DNA of 64,000 nt, taken from the NCBI GenBank assembly GCA_965204725.1, contig OZ242005.1:2560001-2624000 (forward strand). Reading direction: 5' to 3'. This document shows, one piece after another, positions 58,428 through 64,000 of the stretch; position 1 is the stretch's first letter, and each line of letters opens with the position of its first letter. Origin of the DNA: Candidatus Latescibacterota bacterium (lineage in GTDB: Bacteria; Latescibacterota; UBA2968; UBA8231). A program made the translations under genes and the position numbers. The notes below the pieces were generated by a model that was not told where the DNA came from, made no database searches, and saw nothing but the letters and a program-made list of their open reading frames with translations.

Positions 58428-61414
58428 TGAGAGCGAGACGGATGCGTGAATGGATCGCCGGCGTTGGGCTTGTAAGCCTAGTGCTGGGGTTAGGATGCGA
58501 GCCGGAAGTAGAGACCAAAACGGCGTCGGTCGAGGTGCAATTCGTCGATGTGACCGAGGCCGTTGGCCTCGATTTTCGCCAAGTCTCCGGTAGCGCAGAG
58601 CAGCACTATATTCTCGAGTCCATGTCGTCGGGTGCCGCCTTTTTCGACTACAATGGCGATGGGTATCTCGATGTATTCTTGGTCAACAGTACGCGAGTAG
58701 AGGCCGATTCTTCGCATCATTCCAATCGGCTCTACCGCAACACCAAAGGGGCCAATGGGCGCGTCTTTGAGGACCAAACCGACGAGGCTGGCCTGCGGCG
58801 GACGGGGTGGGGTATGGGGTGCGCGGTGGGAGATTACGACAACGACGGCGATTTGGACTTGTACGTCACCTATTGGGGGCCTAATGTATTCTATCGCAAC
58901 GACGGGGATAGGTTTGCCGAGGTCGAGCTGGGCGTAGAGGACGATGGCTGGGGAACCAGCGCGGCGTTTGGCGACGTGGATGCAGACGGTTTTTTAGACC
59001 TATACGCGGCCAACTATTTGGTTTTCGACCTGCAAAACCCGCCCGGCGGCGGTCAGCTCTGTAGCGGCTTCAAGGGGTTGGACGTCTATTGCGGGCCACA
59101 CGGCATGGTGCCCCAAGCCAACGTGCTCTACCGCAACGAGGGCGGGGGCGGCTTTGCGGATATGAGCCGGACGACGGGGATTGACGCAGACCAGCAAGCA
59201 TCTTTGGGAGTAGTCTTTCTCGACAGCGACAACGACGGGGACCAAGATCTCTACGTGGCCAACGACGGCTACCCCAACCTGCTCTATCGCAACGACGGCC
59301 CTTGGCAACTGGAGGAAGTAGCGGCCTTTGCCGGGGCGGCCTATAGCGAGGACGGGCGGGCGCAAGCCGGCATGGGCGCGGCGGCCGGCGACTACGACAA
59401 CGATGGCGATCTGGACCTGTACATGACCCACTTTTCGGACGACGTCAATACGCTGTACCAGAACGAGGGGAACGGCCATTTCGTCGATTTCACGGCGGCG
59501 GCCGGGCTAGGCGGTCCGGTGCGGCCCTACTTGGGCTGGAGCACGGGATTTTTTGACTACGACAACGATGGTTGGCTGGACCTCTTCGCGGTCAACGGTC
59601 ACATCTACCCCCAAGTCGCCCAGCATCCTTCGGGACTGCGCTATGCCCAGCGCAACCTGCTCTACCAGAATGCGGGTGGGACGTTTATCGAGGTTGGAGC
59701 TAGGGTTGGGCGGGGCTTTGCCCAAGAAAAGGTCAGTCGCGGCGGGGCGCTGGGAGACTACGACAATGATGGCGATCTGGACTTGCTGATAGTGAATCTG
59801 AATGACGCGCCGACGCTTTTGCACAATCGCGGCGGGAGCCGCAGCAATTGGCTGGGGATCGAACTGGTGGGCCGTGAGAGCAACCGCGACGCACAGGGGG
59901 CGCGGGTTGTGCTCTCGGCGGATAACGGACAACAGGTGCGGGAAGTACAGCGCGGAGTCGGGTACTTATCGCAAAGCGACGGCCGGGTGCTCTTCGGGTT
60001 GGGCGCGGCCGAGGAAGTAGAGAGCGTAGATATCCGTTGGCCTAGCGGGAGGGTACAAGTTTTGGAGCGACCGGAGACTCGGCACTACTGGGTAGTACGG
60101 GAAGGAGAAGAGGGCCTCGTTTCGAGCTATGTCGGGGCGGATACAGAGGACTTGGTCGCAGGCGAGCAGCCAGTCCAAATGGACAGCGCGCTGACGGTCT
60201 CCCCCTACGTGGCCGGGGACGACCAGACGGCCGCAGACCATTATAAAGCGGGCATTGAACGGTATCGACAAGGGTGCTATCAAGAGGCGATTGACGCCTT
60301 GAGCATGTCCATCCGCATGCAGCCGGACGATCTCAAAACCTACTACTCCTTGGGTATCGCGCTCTATTCGGGGCTGGGCCGGGCCGAGGAGGCCGCGGCG
60401 GTTTTGGAGGAGGTCGTAGGACGCGATTCGTCGTGGGCGCAGGTCTATCCGCTTTTGGGAGCGGTCTATATGGATCTCAACCGCAAAGACAGAGCCATTC
60501 AGCGACTCGAGCGCGCGGTGGCATTGGATCCTACGTGGGAAAACCACAACCGACTGGGGCTGGCCCAGCTCCGCAACGAAAATCCGACCGCGGCGATCGC
60601 AGCCTTTGAACGCGCCGTTCGCCAAGCACCGTGGCAGCCGCACCCGCACCTGAACCTAGCCCGGCTCTACGAGCAACAGGGCAGGGAGCAGGCGGCCGCA
60701 CGCCAGCGGCAAATTTTTGTGCAGTTGCAGCCTATAGAAGACAGAGTGCAGCGCCATTTGGATAACCTGTCCTCCTTTCCGGGCGATATCGAATCTCGCC
60801 ATCTGCTGGGCGAAGCCTACGTGGCACAGGGGCGCGTTGAGGAGGGGCTCGCCGCTTTTCGTCAGGTCATCGCCGCCGACTCCAGCTACGCACCGGCCCA
60901 TTACGGCTTGGGGGCTGCGTTGCACTACAAGAACGAATTGGACGCTGCGATTGCGGCCTATGAACGAGCCTGCAAGCTACAGCCGGGGCTGGTGGGAGCC
61001 TTTGCGGATCTAGGCCAAGCCTACCACCAACTCCGCGACTATGAACGGGCGATTGCCGCCTATCGTCAGGCTTTGGTGCTGCAACCGGATTTGCAGGTCG
61101 TGCGAACCAAACTAGGTATGGCCTACGCCCAGCAGGGTGACCTAGCGCAGGCCGTGGCGGCCTTCAAGACGGCCCTGAGTGCCGATTCCACCTTGGTCGC
61201 CGCCCGCGACGCTCTGGCACAGGTATATGCCGCACAGGGACAGTACGCAGCGGCCATTCGCGAGTGGGAGGCCGTGCTGCGGTTGGATCCTCGCTATCCC
61301 CGAGCGGTGAGTCAGTTGCGCTTAGCCCGCGACAAGCTCGCAAAAAAGAAAGCCCCCGTTCCGCAAACAGAAGCGAAACAGGGGCTTGGCAATGAGCAAG
61401 AAGCCAGCAGGTAG
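58428..61414 (+). CDS. FG-GAP/CRTAC1 + ASPIC/UnbV + TPR lipoprotein
   Basis: DYDNDGDLDLY repeats, GYLSQ...FGLG...IRWPSG, TPR C-terminus; LGLGC lipobox-like; start approximate. Confidence 0.88.
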
Positions 61415-61420
61415 GGTTAT

Positions 61421-62308
61421 CTATCGGCCCAAGCTACTCTTGAGCTGGCCCCAACTGGTTGCTTCGACGCTCGTCGACGAAAAGTCAATCCCCTCTTCGA
61501 GCGGCGCGAGGACAAAGTCGTTGAGCGCGATATTGCTGCTCTCTGGAGTGGTGCCCCAAAAGCCTTGGTAGGCGTGGTCGGACTGGGGCGCGTCAATATC
61601 GCCGTTGTTGATCGAGATATGGATGATATCCTCCTCTTCGAGGTCGTAAATCTCGATGTTGTCGGGCGTGGCATTCTCCCGAGGAATCAAGGCAATAGGC
61701 GTAATACCTAGTTCGTAGTAATAGGTACTTTCGCCGAACATGTCGCCATCGAAGGACCAGCCAAACGAAGTAAAGTCGCCCCCGTCCGAAAGCCACGCTA
61801 GGTTGCCGATGGGCTCGAGCGACTGATAGACGCCTTCGAGGGGCGGCACGACCCATTTATAGGCGATCCGGTTCACGGGCTCGGCGGCGAGGTTCTGCTC
61901 GTCGGCGGCGAGGTGGGTCGGGTTGACTTCCACCTCCCAGTTGTCATCGTCCCAATGGCGAGCTGGGTCCTCGCGGTCGGTATTGTGGATGTTGTCAAAG
62001 ACTTGGTTGGCGAAATAGAGCTTGTTGAGATTTTCGTTCCAACCGAGGATGTGAAGCGGGTTGAAGTCGCTGAGATCGAGCTCGCCGCGACCCGCTTCGT
62101 GGAACTGCGCTGGGTCGTAGAGCTTGTCGCTGCGGATCACATAGGGCTTGTCCGGGACGATATTCCAGTCCGAAAGGTCGCCGTCTATCGTCGGCACAGC
62201 ACCATCGGGAAACTGGAAGAGAAAGAAGAACTCACCCGGCGGGTTGTGGGCGTTAGCCAGCCCAGCCGATACGAGCAGGACCATCAGTCCTTTTGCGATT
62301 TTTTGCAT
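61421..62308 (-). CDS. Secreted protein (IDGDLSDW sugar-binding-like) with C-terminal VEATSWGQLK motif
   Basis: Signal peptide MQKIAKGLMVLLVSAGLANA; acidic mature domain. Confidence 0.75.
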   Translation of the reverse strand: MQKIAKGLMVLLVSAGLANAHNPPGEFFFLFQFPDGAVPTIDGDLSDWNIVPDKPYVIRSDKLYDPAQFHEAGRGELDLSDFNPLHILGWNENLNKLYFANQVFDNIHNTDREDPARHWDDDNWEVEVNPTHLAADEQNLAAEPVNRIAYKWVVPPLEGVYQSLEPIGNLAWLSDGGDFTSFGWSFDGDMFGESTYYYELGITPIALIPRENATPDNIEIYDLEEEDIIHISINNGDIDAPQSDHAYQGFWGTTPESSNIALNDFVLAPLEEGIDFSSTSVEATSWGQLKSSLGR

Positions 62309-62502
62309 GTTGAGAAACCTCCTCAGAATATCGGTATAGCGGTCATGGGACCAAGTTGGGTAGGAGATACGTTGCACGGGAATCGCCTGTCGAAAAAACC
62401 TCCTTTCGACGACCGGCTTGTGGAAAGTTTGGCTTCGCGCAGCATTTGGCTATACCCTACGACAATCGCAAAAAAATGTCAAACAAATCGCACGGACAGA
62501 AT

Positions 62503-64000
62503 TCAATACGCCACCGCGAGGAATCCCATCGTTCTTTCCGTTTGTTCGACATTGAGGGATAGGTCGTATAGGTAGATCCCGGGAGGGACTCGCTGGCCGT
62601 TCGCGTCGGTGCCGTCCCACTCTTGGCGAAACTGTCCGCTGCGGGACCGCGTTGGGGGCAATGCAGCCACCTCTTGCCCGGCTAGATTATAGATATGCAC
62701 CGAGACCGTGCGATCCGTTGCCACCTCGCGCAAACTATACGCGATGGTTAGCGTCTCGTTGATGCCGTCGCCATTGGGCGTAAAGGGGTTGGGGCCGACT
62801 TCCACATTGACCAGCAAATTGCCGCCCACCGGGGTTTTCACGGCGAGCACATCGCCGGAAAAACGGAAGGTGGCGTTGCCCGGCCGGACCTGCTGGCGAA
62901 TCTGATCGGGGTCCTCGCTGCTGAAAACCCAGCTACTGAATTCGGTCCCGTAGCGCAGCACGGGCGCGTTGAAGACCACCTCCAACTGCTTGAAGCTATC
63001 CTCTTCGCCCTTCACCGCTGGAAATTCCACTACGATCCGGTCGTCGAAGATCTCGTTTGGAAAGAGGCTGGGATCCACTCGGGTCCCGTCGAGCACGACC
63101 GCCTCGATAGTATCGACCCGGGCATGGGTGAGAATTTCTAGGTGGTCAAAGCCGATATTGTCCGCCCCAAAGGAGGGCAACACTACATAGGTGAAGGTAG
63201 CAGGCTCAAAGGAATCGACTTCAATGGGCCAAATCTCGCCGACGACTTCTTGGGCCGAAGGCACCTCACCCAACTGTAGTGAGAGTTGATCCAGCCGGGG
63301 GGCGGCAAAGGGGGCTGAAAAAAACCTGATGGCGATCTGGATATAGCGGCTAGGTCCTGGCGAGAGCAGGGGCGTGCCATCCTGCCAAGCCTCGGCGGGC
63401 AACGCCTCGTCGCGCAAGCCGGCCGCGAAATCGTAGGGCGGCGACCAGAAACTCCAATTTTCAGTATCGTACTGGGTGGGCAGGCGGGACAACGCGTCAA
63501 TTTTTAGGTATTCCTTCAGGGTGATCGGGTCCAGATCGCCATTGTTGTTGAGGACGAAGTAGAGCTTGGGGTCGGGGGTGTGCCCGGTGCGGGTGCGGAT
63601 CTCCGCCCGGGTGCCCTCGGGCAACTCGCCGCTCCAGCGGATCTGACCATAGCTGACCGGGCGGCCAAAGTCCAAGATCTGGGTAATGTAAATCATCTCT
63701 TCGACGAAGCCCTCGCCGTAGATTTCAAGCTCGGCGATTTCCCAGTTGCGCAAGGGGAAGGCTTGGAAGGCGAGGAAGCGAATGGACCTCGCCGTGAAGC
63801 TCAGGTCCGTCACCACGTCTAGGTTTTCGCGGGTGGAGTACAGCTCGGTCAGCAAGGGGTCGTTCCGCGTGATCCAGCGCCGGCCGGGCGTGCGACCGCA
63901 CGCGCCGTCTTGGAAGGGCAGCGAAGCATCGCCCACGCGGATATCAAACCAGCCTACGAAATTATCGGCGAAGCTGTCTGCACCAAAGGACTCAAGGGCC
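62503..64000 (-). CDS. FlgD-Ig C-terminal domain protein (5' part outside the window)
   Basis: PNPFTPNGDGIN, IYNLAG, WDGTDANG..VPPGIY. Confidence 0.85.
   Translation of the reverse strand, partial: ALESFGADSFADNFVGWFDIRVGDASLPFQDGACGRTPGRRWITRNDPLLTELYSTRENLDVVTDLSFTARSIRFLAFQAFPLRNWEIAELEIYGEGFVEEMIYITQILDFGRPVSYGQIRWSGELPEGTRAEIRTRTGHTPDPKLYFVLNNNGDLDPITLKEYLKIDALSRLPTQYDTENWSFWSPPYDFAAGLRDEALPAEAWQDGTPLLSPGPSRYIQIAIRFFSAPFAAPRLDQLSLQLGEVPSAQEVVGEIWPIEVDSFEPATFTYVVLPSFGADNIGFDHLEILTHARVDTIEAVVLDGTRVDPSLFPNEIFDDRIVVEFPAVKGEEDSFKQLEVVFNAPVLRYGTEFSSWVFSSEDPDQIRQQVRPGNATFRFSGDVLAVKTPVGGNLLVNVEVGPNPFTPNGDGINETLTIAYSLREVATDRTVSVHIYNLAGQEVAALPPTRSRSGQFRQEWDGTDANGQRVPPGIYLYDLSLNVEQTERTMGFLAVAY

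Overview
GC-rich bacterial chromosome segment. The gene content (ankyrin array, FG-GAP/TPR and FlgD-Ig proteins, Rpn, BMC vertex triplet, 'VEATSWGQLK' C-terminal motif) suggests a Latescibacterota/Gemmatimonadota-like, possibly sponge-associated organism; this is inference only. Housekeeping genes (purH-like, dapA, dapB, ppk1, ispH, manC-like, lnt-tatC, radC, mnmG, split MetH modules, tRNA-Thr) are interrupted by several accessory blocks. (1) An Rpn/toxin-antitoxin patch at 1-3.4 kb. (2) A six-gene ankyrin-repeat array whose junctions are relics of a Ser/Thr kinase gene (15.8-21.3 kb). (3) A Cas2/VapD-like + 2TM + Cas2/VapD-like triad right after tRNA-Thr. (4) A lower-GC island bounded by a duplicated manC 3' end, carrying a four-gene membrane operon: TM/coiled-coil, vWA-like, MotA/ZorA-like with a repeat tail, and MotB/ZorB-like without an OmpA domain. 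(5) A second lower-GC island bounded by a 22-bp direct repeat from an esterase 3' end, carrying a 2006-aa P-loop NTPase and a partner with a HEPN-like RxxxxH motif. Blocks 3-5 are the best candidates for undescribed defence/conflict systems. All assignments come from reading motifs by eye; no database searches were run.
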